From positions 130,735 to 194,734 of the forward strand of contig NW_013657619.1 of NCBI RefSeq assembly GCF_000142905.1: a stretch of 64,000 nucleotides of DNA, given 5' to 3'. Shown here one piece after another: positions 37,132 through 47,849 of the stretch. A program made the translations under genes and the position numbers. Below the pieces are notes generated by a model, which worked only from the letters and a program-made list of their open reading frames with translations, was not told where the DNA came from and did not search any database. How positions within the stretch are numbered: position 1 is the stretch's first letter; each line of letters starts with the position of its first letter. Source of the DNA: Thecamonas trahens ATCC 50062 (Eukaryota; Protista; Apusomonadida).

Positions 37132-37353
37132 CTCCCATCGAGGGAGCTGTCGCATCAGATCGGATGCGTACTCACCCGACTCATCGTCCTTGTGGGGCTC
37201 ATCTCGCCGTGCATGTCGGCCCCAGGCAACACATCGATCAACGGCACTCCCACCGCAATACCATACATAATGCCTCTCTTCCATGAGCAGCGCTTCCCAT
37301 CAAGGGACTTTGTCGCATCAGATTGGATGCGTACTCACCCGACTCATCGTCCT
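37132..37353. repeat. Duplicated two-hairpin element (cores 37148-37190 and 37311-37353)
   Basis: 43-bp cores identical except for one base; each is preceded by TCCC-atc(g/a)a-GGGA. Confidence 0.9.
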
Positions 37354-37591
37354 GGCATTGCTGTGGAAGGATCGAACGAACGAACGAACGGAGGGACGGA
37401 ACCAAAGGACGGACCGAGGGGAGCGAGGGACGGACTGAGGGACAGCGAGAGTCAACTCGGCACGAATCGCCACAACCACTGATTACACATCGTTATCTCT
37501 CTCTCCCTTTCTCTCTCTTTCTCTTTCTCTCTCTCTCTCTTGCACGGATTGATTGAGTGAGTGAGTGAGACACAAACAAGGCTACCACATC

Positions 37592-39780
37592 ATGCGGTTC
37601 TTTACGCAGATACCGACGGGCCACTCTGATGTCATCCATGATACCGCCTTTGACTTCCATGGCAAGCGACTGGCTACCTGCTCCTCCGACCAGGTCGTCG
37701 AGGTGTGGGACCAGTCAGAGGGCGGGGAGTGGTCACTGACTGGAAGGTGGAAGGTAAGGATGGAGGGGGGTGGGGGGNNNNNNNNNNNNNNNNNNNNNNN
37801 NNNNNNNNNNNNNNNNNNNNNNNNNNNNNNNNNNNNNNNNNNNNNNNNNNNNNNNNNNNNNNNNNNNNNNNNNNNNNATCTCGTTCCAGAATCATTAGCA
37901 TTTGGTTGACGTGGGATCTCGGAGGGAACTCATGGCGACGGGCGCTGCCCTCGAGTTTTGACGTGTCAGATGTCGAGACCAAGGTGTTTGCATCCGAGTG
38001 CGCTCGACCTCCATCCTCGTCAATGATGCAGTCTCAGTCCGCCTCGGACCATCTTTCGCCCATTGCCTTGACCAGTCTGGCGGCTACGGCGAGGGTCCTT
38101 TCGCCGCCGGGCGTGCTCACAGGGGCGGGGAAGCACTCTCGACTTGTGCGCTCGTTACGCGTATGATCTTCAGGAATGCACCGGTGCTGTACATCCCGAT
38201 GGCACGAGCGACGCTGGTGGTGGTCGACAACACGAGGCTGCCATCGGAGGGGGCCATGCTGGAAGCAGCCCCGGGCGTGGCATGCTTTAACAGCAAGTGC
38301 TGGCAAGGGGTGGGGGGGCGGAGCCCGCAACTCTGTCGGCGTGATGCTCTGCGACTTGGGGATGGGGGGAAGGGGGATGGGGATGGGGGGAGGGGGGGGG
38401 GAAGGGGGGAGGGGGGAGGTATGCTGGTTATGGTGGTAGTCGTCATGGTGGTCGTATTGGTGGTCATGGTCGTATGGTGGTCGTCATGGCGGTCATGGTC
38501 GTGGTCGTCATGGCGGTCATGGTCGTGGTCGTCATGGCGGTCATGGTCGTGGTCGTCATGGTGGTCATGGTCGTGGTCGTCATGGGCGATGGTCGTCATC
38601 GTCACCATGCTCATTATCGTCGGTATTGCCATCATGCGTATTGTCGCACTGACAGTCATCATCGTCTTTGCAACTACCGCTGACGCTACCCCGGCTACTA
38701 CACCACCACGCGCAATCTCACTGTATCTCTCTCTCTCTTGCTGGCGCACCACGCTCACTTACTCAATCTTCATCTCTCTCTCTCTCTCTCTCCCCCCCCC
38801 CCACCCACACACACACACACGCACACGCACAGGCGCACGCAGCTTCGATCTGGAAAGTGGCATGGGCGCATCCGGAGTTTGGCCAGGTCCTCGCTACCTG
38901 CTCCTTTGATCACCATGTCATCATCTGGGGCGAGCCTGAACGCCGGCTGGCTCCGTCGTCGCCGCGCGATCCGGCGTCAGCGTCGCGCTCGTCGGATCGC
39001 GGCTCGGCTGGCGAGGCTGGTGCGAGCAGTGAGGCGGGCAACGAGGGCGGTGCGGGCAAGAGCCGGTCGGCCGGTGGAGTCGGCGACGACGACGGGCCGG
39101 GCGGGTGGAACAAGTACGCGTCGCTTGTCGACGCTCGCGAGTCGGTCAACGACATCGAGTTTGCGCCACGCCACCACGGCCTGCGGCTGGCGGCTACGTC
39201 GGCAAAGGGCATCGTCCGCATCTACGAGGCGTCGGATGTGACAAACCTTAACTCGTGGTCGGTCGCAGAGACCATCGACGACGCTGGCGACGGCGCAGGC
39301 AACGCCCTTGCGTGGAACCCGTCGCGCTTTGCCTCGCCGTCGATGGTGACCGGTGGCAATGGGTCGGCTCCGCTCATCTACCAGTTCTCGGACTCTTCCA
39401 ACCGGTGGGTCTGTGTCGAGCGCCTTGAGGGCCACGAGGACGCCATCCACGACGTCGCCTGGGCGCCCAACATGGGCCGCCGCTTCGAGCTCATTGCATC
39501 GGGCTCCAAGGACGGCTCCGTCCGCCTCTGGCGTCTCGAGCAGGGCTCCTTTGCCTCTTCGCCCATCGCCACCTTTGACCAGCACCACTCGCAGGTCTGG
39601 CGCGTCAAGTGGAACATCACTGGCACCGTTCTCGCCTCGTCCGGCGACGACGGCCTCGTCCGCCTCTGGAAGCGGGACTTTATGGACGAGTGGCGCCTTC
39701 TCTCGGAAATCTCCGGCGACAAGGGCGAGGCCATTCCGCAGAGCAGCGCCGTCGCCGCCGCCACCTCGTCTGCCCAATGA
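37592..39780 (+). CDS. SEH1: Nucleoporin/GATOR2 subunit SEH1 (WD40); exons 37592-37753 and 38833-39780
   Basis: [23 protein letters not shown]|[55 protein letters not shown]; phase-0 GTAAGG...CACAG intron. Confidence 0.95.
38440..38600. repeat. 24-bp TCATGGCGGTCATGGTCGTGGTCG repeat in the SEH1 intron
   Basis: About four visible tandem copies. Confidence 0.85.
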
Positions 39781-39864
39781 TCATCTACCGCCGTCGTCAC
39801 GAGTTGCGCCGCCTCACAGTGAACACGAGCCACCCTTGTCGGTCTTTCTTTACAGCTGTTTCAC

Positions 39865-42800
39865 TCACTTGCTCTTGCCTTTGCCCTTGGCCTTGGCCTT
39901 GGCCTTGGTCTTGGCCTTGGCCTTGGCCTTGGACTTACTCTTGGCAGCAGCCAGCGACGCAGCCGCAAGAGCCTCGCCATCGTGCATGAGCTTGGCGCGC
40001 TTGGCCGGCGTCTCGTCGTCGGCCACGGCGGCACCGCCCTTGTTCTGCGACAAGTCGGCATCGCGAACGCGGCGCTTTGAGCCCGAGGTGGGAGCTTTGG
40101 CAGCCTCGGATGACTTTGTCGCCTCGTCGCCGTCGTCGTCGTCGTCGCGGCCGAGAGCGAGCACGTCGTCGAGCGAGTACTTGTCCGATCCGGCGACGTC
40201 CATAGGGGCGGGACCGGCGGCGGGCTCGTCGTTGTCGACTCCGAGCAAGCTCGCCAGCGACGGCTCCACCAGCTCGACGTTGAGGTAGCGGCGGAGGTTG
40301 GCGTTGGTCTTGACCGAGATGCGGACGCGGACAGGCTGGAACATGGCGAGGACAAGGTCGCCGGTCTCGGGATGGCGCAGAGTCTGGGTCTTGGCGTCAT
40401 AGTCGAGCGGCGACGGCTCATCGGCACGCGAAAAGGTGACGTGGCCCTGGACGCCAAACTTGGGCACGAGGACAACGATGCCGTTGAGTTTTGTGGCGAG
40501 GACGTAGGCGTCCTCGACGACGACCTTGTCCTTGAAGAAGATGAGGGTGTGGAGGTCGACCGAGGATCGGGCGGCAAACTGGGCGTTGCGGTGGCGGAGA
40601 TTGAGGTTGTCGACAATGGCCGAGAGCAGGTTGCGGTTGACGAGCGAGGGGTGCGACTCGTGCGTCTTGGAGAGCGAGGCGTAGAGCTGGCGATGGACAA
40701 TGACGTCCGAGTAGCGGCGGATGGGCGAGGTGAAGTGGGTGTAGAGCGGTGCGGCGAGGCCAAAGTGCTCGTACGAGTCCTCGTTGCCCGAGCAAAAGTA
40801 GGCTGCCGGCTGCATGCAACGGGTGGTGAGGATGCGGAGCAGGGTGTTGAGGTACGGGTTGGCCGTCGAGGTGGCGGCATCGAGCGAGGTCGCCAGCGAG
40901 CGGTTCGATGAGACGTCAAAGGTGAGCTCGTCGCCGGCGTCAAAGAGGTGCGACGAGGCGCGGATGGCGGTGATGAGCGCCTCAAAGCGCTCCGGGTTCG
41001 GCGCAGGGTGCCGGCGAAGCATGGCCGATGACGGGAAGGCTCCAAGGATCTGCTTGGCCACGGTGGTGTTGGCGAGGAGCATAAACTCCTCCACCAGCGA
41101 GTTCGTCTCGCGCAGCTCGTAGATCGAGGTCGAGAGCGGGTCAGACGTCTCCGAGTCGAGCTCAAAGTGGACGGCGGGCGAGGAGAGGGTGAGCGCGCCT
41201 GCGGCCTTGCGCCGGGCGAGAAGCTTGCGCGAGAGGGCGAGGAGGTCGCGGAGGTTGCGCGCCACCACGTCGTCGTCGTCCGAATCGATCTTGGCCTGGG
41301 CCTCACCGTACGAAAAAGCGTGGACCGAGCGGATGATTGACTTGTGGAAGGCGACCGAGACGGTCTCGGCCTCGGGCGTCAGCTCCCACACGACCGAAAA
41401 GGCGAGGCGGTCGACGCGCGGCTTGAGCGAGCAGAGGTCGGTTCCGAGGTACGACGGGAGCATGTCGATGCGACGGTCGACAAGGTAGACGGTGGTGCCG
41501 CGGGCGGCAGCCTCGGCGTCGATGGCGGTCCCGGGCTTGACGTAGTGTGAGACGTCGGCGATGTGGACGCCGACCTCAAAGTTGCCGTTGGCCAGCCGCT
41601 GGACGTGGAGCGCGTCGTCAATGTCTGTGCAGCCCGGCGGGTCGATGGAGCACACCACGCGGGACTCGCGGAGGTCGACGCGATTGGCAATCTCCTTCGG
41701 CGAGATGACGTACGGGCACGGCGGGAGGCAGTCGAGGACGGCCTGTGAGAACGGCTCGTACGAAATGTCGTGCTCCAGGAGCAGGAGCTCGTTCTCGGTC
41801 TCTTTGTCGCCCACATCGCCGAGGACCCGGACGTAGTGGCCCGACGGGTACTTGGAGTAGCGGTCCCATCCATCGACGGCGACCATGATCCGCTTGCCAA
41901 GCAGCGACGCCGGCTGGGTGGTGTGGATGCGGATGCGCGGGAGGTGGCGGACGTTGGCCACAAAGAGGTACTTGCCCGGCGAGGGGCGGCCCGGGCGGTC
42001 CGACTTGCGCGGCAGCAGATGACCGCAGTACCGGCGCCAGTTGCGCTTAACAATGCCGACAACCTTGCCGCGCGGGCGGATCTCGCCCGCGCTCTGGGCC
42101 GCGTCCTTGGACGCCGCCTCGAGGGAGAGCGTGTCGCCGTCCGGGTCGCCGTCGTCGTTGGCCGCGGCGGCGTCACCGTCGACGAGCAGATCCGACTCGG
42201 CGGCCCACTCGGACTCGGGATAGAGCTCGACGGCGACAACGTCGCCGTCAAACGCGCGGTTGATGTCGACCACGCCCGAGATGAGGACTGGGACGCCGAC
42301 CTCGCCGCGAGTCACCGAGCCCTGCAGCACGTTGCGGACGTCCTGGTAGAACTTGCCCTGCACGTACTTGCCGGCGCGGACACCAGCGAGAACCTCGGAC
42401 TCGTCGAGGTGCTTAGGGAAGATCGGCTCGCGGCCACTGGAGAACTCACGGCCGCCAGCGCCGGCCTTGGGCTTGGCCACCAGGTCGAGGAGCTTCGGCT
42501 CGTGCGGGAGGTAGGCCGCGAGGTAGTCGGCAATGCCGTAAGCCTCGAGGCCGTCCTCTCGGGCAGCGGCGCAGTTGGCCACATCGTCCGAAATGAGGAT
42601 GACCTTACGGGCCTTGCCATCGCCATCGGCCATGCTGCGGACGAGGCTGGCCGGAGCGGTGGCAGCGGCGGCCTTGGTCATCTTTGCCTTGGCGAGCTGC
42701 AACTCGGCGAGCTGGTCGCGGGTGAGCGGGACGGATGCCAGGTGGTCATGATACCACTTTGCAGCAACACGGATGGCGCGATCGTTGCGATCGTTGGGCG

Positions 42801-43350
42801 ACTCGCCCTTGACGCGCTCGATGTAGGTCTTGCGGTGGTGCTCGTTGGAGAAGACGTAGACACAGCGGGCCGAGTCCGAGGTCAGAGCCCTCAGGCGGGA
42901 GTAGAGCTGCGCCGAGCGAGCCGAGACTTCACCGAGAACTGTCTGGAGGACAACAATGTTGACAAGGGCATCGGCCCTCTCCAGCAGATCGATCTGATGG
43001 AGAGCAATGTTGGTATCGATGACGAGGACTGGCGCAGCGGCCGCAAAACCCTCTGCCGCCGCCAGCGGGCGAAAGGCAGCCGCAGCAGCAGAGGCCGAGG
43101 CCGAAGCAATGGAGGAAGTACGGGACTCTGTCGCCGATCGCCTGCTAGCAGCAGCCGATGACGATGACGATGACGATGCCTCTGCGGCACGGCGGGCAGA
43201 GAGAGCGAGGAGCGAAGGCGGAGGCACAGCCGGGCAGATGTGGCAGGACGACATGCCACAGTAGAGGTCGTCACGGAGGTAGTGCTCCCGGGAGACCTTC
43301 AGCACATTCCCCCGACGTGTTCTCCGGAAGTGCGACCGGGAACGGAGCAT
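39865..43350 (-). CDS. DIS3: Exosome catalytic subunit DIS3/Rrp44
   Basis: REHYLRDD..C, PIN domain (IDTN, NEHH..TY, NDRNDRAIR), RNB domain (SIDPPGCTDIDDALH, EEFMLLAN, YTHFTSPIRRY). Confidence 0.97.
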   Translation of the reverse strand: MLRSRSHFRRTRRGNVLKVSREHYLRDDLYCGMSSCHICPAVPPPSLLALSARRAAEASSSSSSSAAASRRSATESRTSSIASASASAAAAAFRPLAAAEGFAAAAPVLVIDTNIALHQIDLLERADALVNIVVLQTVLGEVSARSAQLYSRLRALTSDSARCVYVFSNEHHRKTYIERVKGESPNDRNDRAIRVAAKWYHDHLASVPLTRDQLAELQLAKAKMTKAAAATAPASLVRSMADGDGKARKVILISDDVANCAAAREDGLEAYGIADYLAAYLPHEPKLLDLVAKPKAGAGGREFSSGREPIFPKHLDESEVLAGVRAGKYVQGKFYQDVRNVLQGSVTRGEVGVPVLISGVVDINRAFDGDVVAVELYPESEWAAESDLLVDGDAAAANDDGDPDGDTLSLEAASKDAAQSAGEIRPRGKVVGIVKRNWRRYCGHLLPRKSDRPGRPSPGKYLFVANVRHLPRIRIHTTQPASLLGKRIMVAVDGWDRYSKYPSGHYVRVLGDVGDKETENELLLLEHDISYEPFSQAVLDCLPPCPYVISPKEIANRVDLRESRVVCSIDPPGCTDIDDALHVQRLANGNFEVGVHIADVSHYVKPGTAIDAEAAARGTTVYLVDRRIDMLPSYLGTDLCSLKPRVDRLAFSVVWELTPEAETVSVAFHKSIIRSVHAFSYGEAQAKIDSDDDDVVARNLRDLLALSRKLLARRKAAGALTLSSPAVHFELDSETSDPLSTSIYELRETNSLVEEFMLLANTTVAKQILGAFPSSAMLRRHPAPNPERFEALITAIRASSHLFDAGDELTFDVSSNRSLATSLDAATSTANPYLNTLLRILTTRCMQPAAYFCSGNEDSYEHFGLAAPLYTHFTSPIRRYSDVIVHRQLYASLSKTHESHPSLVNRNLLSAIVDNLNLRHRNAQFAARSSVDLHTLIFFKDKVVVEDAYVLATKLNGIVVLVPKFGVQGHVTFSRADEPSPLDYDAKTQTLRHPETGDLVLAMFQPVRVRISVKTNANLRRYLNVELVEPSLASLLGVDNDEPAAGPAPMDVAGSDKYSLDDVLALGRDDDDDGDEATKSSEAAKAPTSGSKRRVRDADLSQNKGGAAVADDETPAKRAKLMHDGEALAAASLAAAKSKSKAKAKAKTKAKAKAKGKGKSK

Positions 43351-44055
43351 GGTGGTGGGGATGGGATGTGGTGAGGGGGGGGGTGGGATGAGGGGGGGGG
43401 GAGTGGGGTGGGGGAGGGAGGAGGGGAGTGATGGCTCTGATGGATGGATGAGTCTGAGGGCACCCNNNNNNNNNNNNNNNNNNNNNNNNNNNNNNNNNNN
43501 NNNNNNNNNNNNNNNNNNNNNNNNNNNNNNNNNNNNNNNNNNNNNNNNNNNNNNNNNNNNNNNNNNNNNNNNNNNNNNNNNNNNNNNNNNNNNNNNNNNN
43601 NNNNNNNNNNNNNNNNNNNNNNNNNNNNNNNNNNNNNNNNNNNNNNNNNNNNNNNNNNNNNNNNNNNNNNNNNNNNNNNNNNNNNNNNNNNNNNNNNNNN
43701 NNNNNNNNNNNNNNNNNNNNNNNNNNNNNNNNNNNNNNNNNNNNNNNNNNNNNNNNNNNNNNNNNNNNNNNNNNNNNNGGGGGGGGGGGGGGTGGATGGG
43801 GGATTGTCAATCCAAGTTGGGGGATGGGGATGGGGGTGGGGTGGGGTGGGGTGGGGTGGGGAGGGGAGGGGATCGAGGTGGAGGTGGGTGGAGGGGGCTG
43901 ATGGCTGATGGTTGTTGGCTGATGGTTGTTGGCTGATGGCTATGGATGGAGTCGGGGGGGAGGAGGGGGAGGATTGGGTGATGCGGGAGGGGAGAGGGGA
44001 GGGGATCGAGGAGGTGGAGGTGAGTCGGGCAGGGGGGGGATGAGGAGGAGGAGGT

Positions 44056-44779
44056 TTAGTGGTCAAGGTCGGGCGCGGTGAGACGGAACAGATCGTAGAC
44101 GGCAGCGACTGCATGCGGCGGCATCGTCTGCGTGCCGATGCCGGCAAACCGCAAGCCGGGTGTGTCAAGCGGTGACGGCGGCAGATCGGCCATCGCCTCC
44201 CAGACCTGATCCACCTGCCGCCATCGCCGCCACTCGCGCGAGTTGACCTCGTACAGGTAGAGTTGGCACTCGTCGGCAGGCTCGCTGCCGATCGGGGCAA
44301 ACCGGTCGATATACGCCTGCAGAGCCCACTTGGTTCCGCCGCCGACCTCGATTGGGTAGCGCGCCTTGGGATCACTCCAAGTCACCGCGTACACAGCATC
44401 GGCCCAGAGGACCTGGAAGACGTTGCGGCGGAAGAACTTGAGAGCGCGGCTCGTCTTCCGAGGCACCCGCTGGCCGAGGCCGGATGCCGCGATCTGCAGT
44501 CGCGCATCGCCCACAGCGCCCGCAAGCTCGTCCCAAATCTCGACGCGGCCGGCAGGGTCGGCTGCGTATTCCCTCCTGTGCTCCGCGAACGACCAATGGA
44601 TGCAAACGCTGGTATCAGGCAACGCACACCGCACCACCTCGTCAAACACGGCATCCGCACCAGGTGCTCCGCCCGACAGGAGCACGCACTCTGCATCGTC
44701 GGGAATCGCGGCAAAGCCAATCATCTCCAGCGTGCTCTCCAAGCTGGTCGGCGCTGTTGCGGCCCCCAGATCTCCGCTT

Positions 44780-44816
<37 letters not shown>

Positions 44817-44943
44817 TCCGGCCCTGATCCACGCTCGTCGATGTTGTCTGCGAACTTGTCGGGGGAGCGCCTTGGTTTGAGCTACCGCCGCCGCTTCGGC
44901 TTCGGGGCTTGCGTGGCTGCGACTTGTTCTTCTTGTGCTTCAT
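44056..44943 (-). CDS. SLOG-superfamily-like (DprA/YspA-related) protein of a type common in phages and bacteria
   Basis: SGGAPGAD, RRN.FQV..ADAVYAV, GGGT.WA and FAGIGT motifs behind a basic RG-rich N-terminus; no intron. Confidence 0.65.
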
Positions 44944-45207
44944 TGATAAATCAAAGTCGCTGCGAGACGTCCGTGTGACTTCCTCTTAAGGCAATACCTG
45001 CTGCAGGTTGTCTGATGCCATCAGTGCTGAGCTGCTTTGAGCGTCAAGTCGGCGCGGTTTTGTCACGGCATGGCTCTGCTTGAACCGGATGGAATAATGA
45101 GTCTGAATGGAACAACCTGTGTCACCCAACTCCGCCAAGTTTGTCCCCTGGACGACTTCGATGCGCTTCCATTCGAAGCTCCCGATCGGCGTCAGTTGTT
45201 CAATCAG

Positions 45208-46113
45208 CTACACGCCGCCGGTGTTGACCAGATAGCGGAGCGCAGGAATGACATCGGTTCCGTTGAGGCCGAGCTGAGAGGCGACAAAGGCAAATGCTGC
45301 TGCCCGCTCCTCGAGCTTGGCCCGCTCGGCCGCAGCCTTCTGGTCGGCCTGGACCTTGATCAGCACCGCGTTCTGCGACGCCGTGATGGCTGCGGCCTGG
45401 GCGTCGGCCTCGGCCGAGATCAGCGAAATCTCCTTGTCCTGTAGCGCCGTCTTGTAGTCGGTGTCGGCCTGGATGAGCACCTGGGCCCGCGCGTTCTCGG
45501 CGTTGACCACCGACTGCACCGCGTCTTCCTTCTCCTCGATGGCGTCCGAGAGCGCCTGCGGGAGGTGCACGTTCTGCAGCTGCAGCGCACCGACGTCGAG
45601 ATTGCCTGAGAACTCCTCCATGTCAGAGGCTACCTTGTTCCGCATTGCCGTCTCAATCGTCCCGCGGGTGGTGTAGAACTGGTCGTAGGTGTACAGGGCA
45701 CAGACGTCGCGGATCGAGTCGCGTGTCAGGATGTAAATGAACCCGTTGAGCTGGCTGAACTCGCCGTAGCGGAACAGCATCTCCACCAGCGAGTTCTTGG
45801 CGATCGAGTACTGGAACGAGAGCGTGAGATCGAGATTGACCCGATCCGAGGTGAAGCACTCGAGCGACGTGTGGTCGATGGTCACCGCCGTCGACGGGAA
45901 CGTGATGAACTCGTCCTCAGGCGAGAGCCAGTACTTGGCGTTCTTGTTGTAGATCTTAGAGTACACCTTGTTGTTGTACCCACCGTACCGCAAGCCGTAC
46001 AAGTTCGGCCCGAGCTCCACGTGCGATTTGGCCAGCAGCACGGCCGTGAGAATAATAGCAAACAGAACAAAGCAGCAGCAGCCCGAGGAGAGCACAATCC
46101 TCTTCATCGTCAT
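45208..46113 (-). CDS. SPFH/Band-7 membrane protein A
   Basis: N-terminal TM helix, FITFP...TSD.V.LDL.LSFQY, IRDVC....F...R..IE.AM, LQLQNV.LP..L..AIE.K and an Ala-rich coiled coil. Confidence 0.85.
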   Translation of the reverse strand: MTMKRIVLSSGCCCFVLFAIILTAVLLAKSHVELGPNLYGLRYGGYNNKVYSKIYNKNAKYWLSPEDEFITFPSTAVTIDHTSLECFTSDRVNLDLTLSFQYSIAKNSLVEMLFRYGEFSQLNGFIYILTRDSIRDVCALYTYDQFYTTRGTIETAMRNKVASDMEEFSGNLDVGALQLQNVHLPQALSDAIEEKEDAVQSVVNAENARAQVLIQADTDYKTALQDKEISLISAEADAQAAAITASQNAVLIKVQADQKAAAERAKLEERAAAFAFVASQLGLNGTDVIPALRYLVNTGGV

Positions 46114-46260
46114 GATGTCAACGTGTACAGAGGCCACGGAGGTCAAGTCCAGAACTTCTTGCGTCGAGTGGTATGAGCGTGTGTATGTGTGAGAGGTGTT
46201 GTCTCGAGGTCGGGCGCCTGCTTGGAGTATGTTGCGAGCGAGTCGGGCCGAGCGTTGTGA

Positions 46261-46278
46261 AAAAAGGCGCGCCTTTTT
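46261..46278. promoter_or_regulatory. Perfect 18-bp palindrome AAAAAGGCGCGCCTTTTT in the SPFH bidirectional promoter
   Basis: The sequence is visible; regulatory function is inferred from position only. Confidence 0.4.
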
Positions 46279-46538
46279 GTCGCCATCGGGCTGATTCTCA
46301 GAATACCGTTCTATTTTTGGAGGCCCACGACAAAACGAGCGCCAACTTTTTGCGAGCCACAGCATACGCCACTATCCACATCACACCTCGCTACTACAGG
46401 CTTTCCTCGTTCTGAACCTACTCGGAGGACAGAGCTACTTGGGTTTGACATTGACTCGTCTTGTGCACTCCCAGCACACCTGCTTGCGCGCTCTCGAGAC
46501 CTTTTCTCGGCGGCGTCACCTGAATTGTCTGCCGTTGC

Positions 46539-47849
46539 ATGTCATCCGGCGCAAACTCTGACTACTCCACATACCTCTACTCGGACTCAGAGTCGTCGTC
46601 GTCGTCGTCGCAGCAACAGGGTTCGATCGGTGGAGACTCAGTCCAGCTCGGCATCTTCCCTGCGTCGCAGACCGCGGAGCACTCGTCGTCGTACTCGACC
46701 GTCGCCCCGCCCAGCTACAAGAACGCGTCAGCCGTTCCCGGCGCTGCTTCCGTAGCGCAAATGGAGACTGGCGGAACGACTAGCGCCGTCGCGCGCAAGG
46801 AGCGGGCATGGTATGCATCGTGGCGCGGATGGGCCGCCTGTGGGTGCGTCCTTTTTGCCCTCATCGTCCTCATCCTCATCGCCACCATTCCCAACGGCTT
46901 CCAGTACGTTGAGTGGAACGAGTACGTCCTCATGCGCGGCGTTCATCCGCACAACGCCGGCGTCAAGACCAACAAGGTCTACTCCAACGGCCGCTACTGG
47001 ACTGGAACCGGGTACGACCAGCTCAAGTACCCGCGGACCTTCAACACCATCGTGTACAAGGAGGGCTCGCCATCAGGCACCATTCTGGCCTTTACCGACT
47101 CGGGCATCGAGTTTTCCATCGAGTGCTCGTACCTGTACTGGATCATTCCGGAGCAGATCCCGCTGCTGTACTCGCTCTATCCGACCTCGTACCACTCGCG
47201 CATCGCCGCCCTCGGCCTGCGCGCTCTCAAGAACGTGGCGCCGAACTACTCGCTCCGTCAGTACGTGACCAACCGCGATGAGATCCAGCTCGCCATGTAC
47301 AACTCGCTCGCTTCCGAGCTTGCTTCTCTCTGTGGCAATGTGCCGTGCGTCGAGATCCGCGGCCGCAGGCACTTTCAGCTCCGTCGCGCGGTTGTCCCGT
47401 CGCAGATTCGCTCGACCTGGCTCAACGCCGCCGTTCAGAACCAGGTCAACATCAAGCAGGAGGCCGAGCAGGTCCGTGTCCTTGTCGTCAAGGAGACCGA
47501 TCGCCTCCGCGCCGAGATCTCGGCAAACATCACCCTCGTCAACACCTCGGCAGCCGCAGAGGCCCACCGCATCCGCACCTCGGCTGTCGCCGAGGCCGAT
47601 CGCATCCGCGCAGAGGCCAACGCAGAGGCCTTCCGCATCCGCGAGCAGGCCAAGGGCTCCGGCATCCAGTCTGTTCTCACCGCCCTCAACATCTCTGACT
47701 CGGAGGGCACCCGCGAGCTCCTCTCACTCCTCACCGTCATGGACTCGACCAACACCGACGTCAAGAGCCTCTACCAGTCGACCTCCGTCTTCTCAGATCC
47801 ATCCACTCGCGTCATTCTCGGCGCCAGCAATGCCGTGGTATCCGTATGA
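46539..47849 (+). CDS. SPFH/Band-7 membrane protein B with a cytosolic Ser/Tyr-rich N-tail
   Basis: TM helix, FQYVEWNEY, GRYW.G, FTDSG.EF.IE.SY.Y, NRDEIQ.AM, FQLRR..VP and AEA-repeat coiled coil. Confidence 0.85.
   Translation: MSSGANSDYSTYLYSDSESSSSSSQQQGSIGGDSVQLGIFPASQTAEHSSSYSTVAPPSYKNASAVPGAASVAQMETGGTTSAVARKERAWYASWRGWAACGCVLFALIVLILIATIPNGFQYVEWNEYVLMRGVHPHNAGVKTNKVYSNGRYWTGTGYDQLKYPRTFNTIVYKEGSPSGTILAFTDSGIEFSIECSYLYWIIPEQIPLLYSLYPTSYHSRIAALGLRALKNVAPNYSLRQYVTNRDEIQLAMYNSLASELASLCGNVPCVEIRGRRHFQLRRAVVPSQIRSTWLNAAVQNQVNIKQEAEQVRVLVVKETDRLRAEISANITLVNTSAAAEAHRIRTSAVAEADRIRAEANAEAFRIREQAKGSGIQSVLTALNISDSEGTRELLSLLTVMDSTNTDVKSLYQSTSVFSDPSTRVILGASNAVVSV

Noticed and set aside
37150-37190. 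Hammerhead ribozyme or U1 snRNA in the duplicated element
   Set aside because: CTGATGCG lacks the CUGAUGA/GAAA core, and TACTCACC is not followed by U1 stem-loops or an Sm site.
37878-38330. Possible TGA read-through (selenoprotein-like) frame in the SEH1 intron, minus strand
   Set aside because: Translation on either side of the TGA at ~38034 shows no recognisable family or redox motif, and no SECIS was identified.
38117-38758. Nested His/Asp-repeat ORF in the SEH1 intron (possible metal binder)
   Set aside because: Arises from simple repeats, has no convincing start or domain, and the flanks are CT/CA microsatellites.
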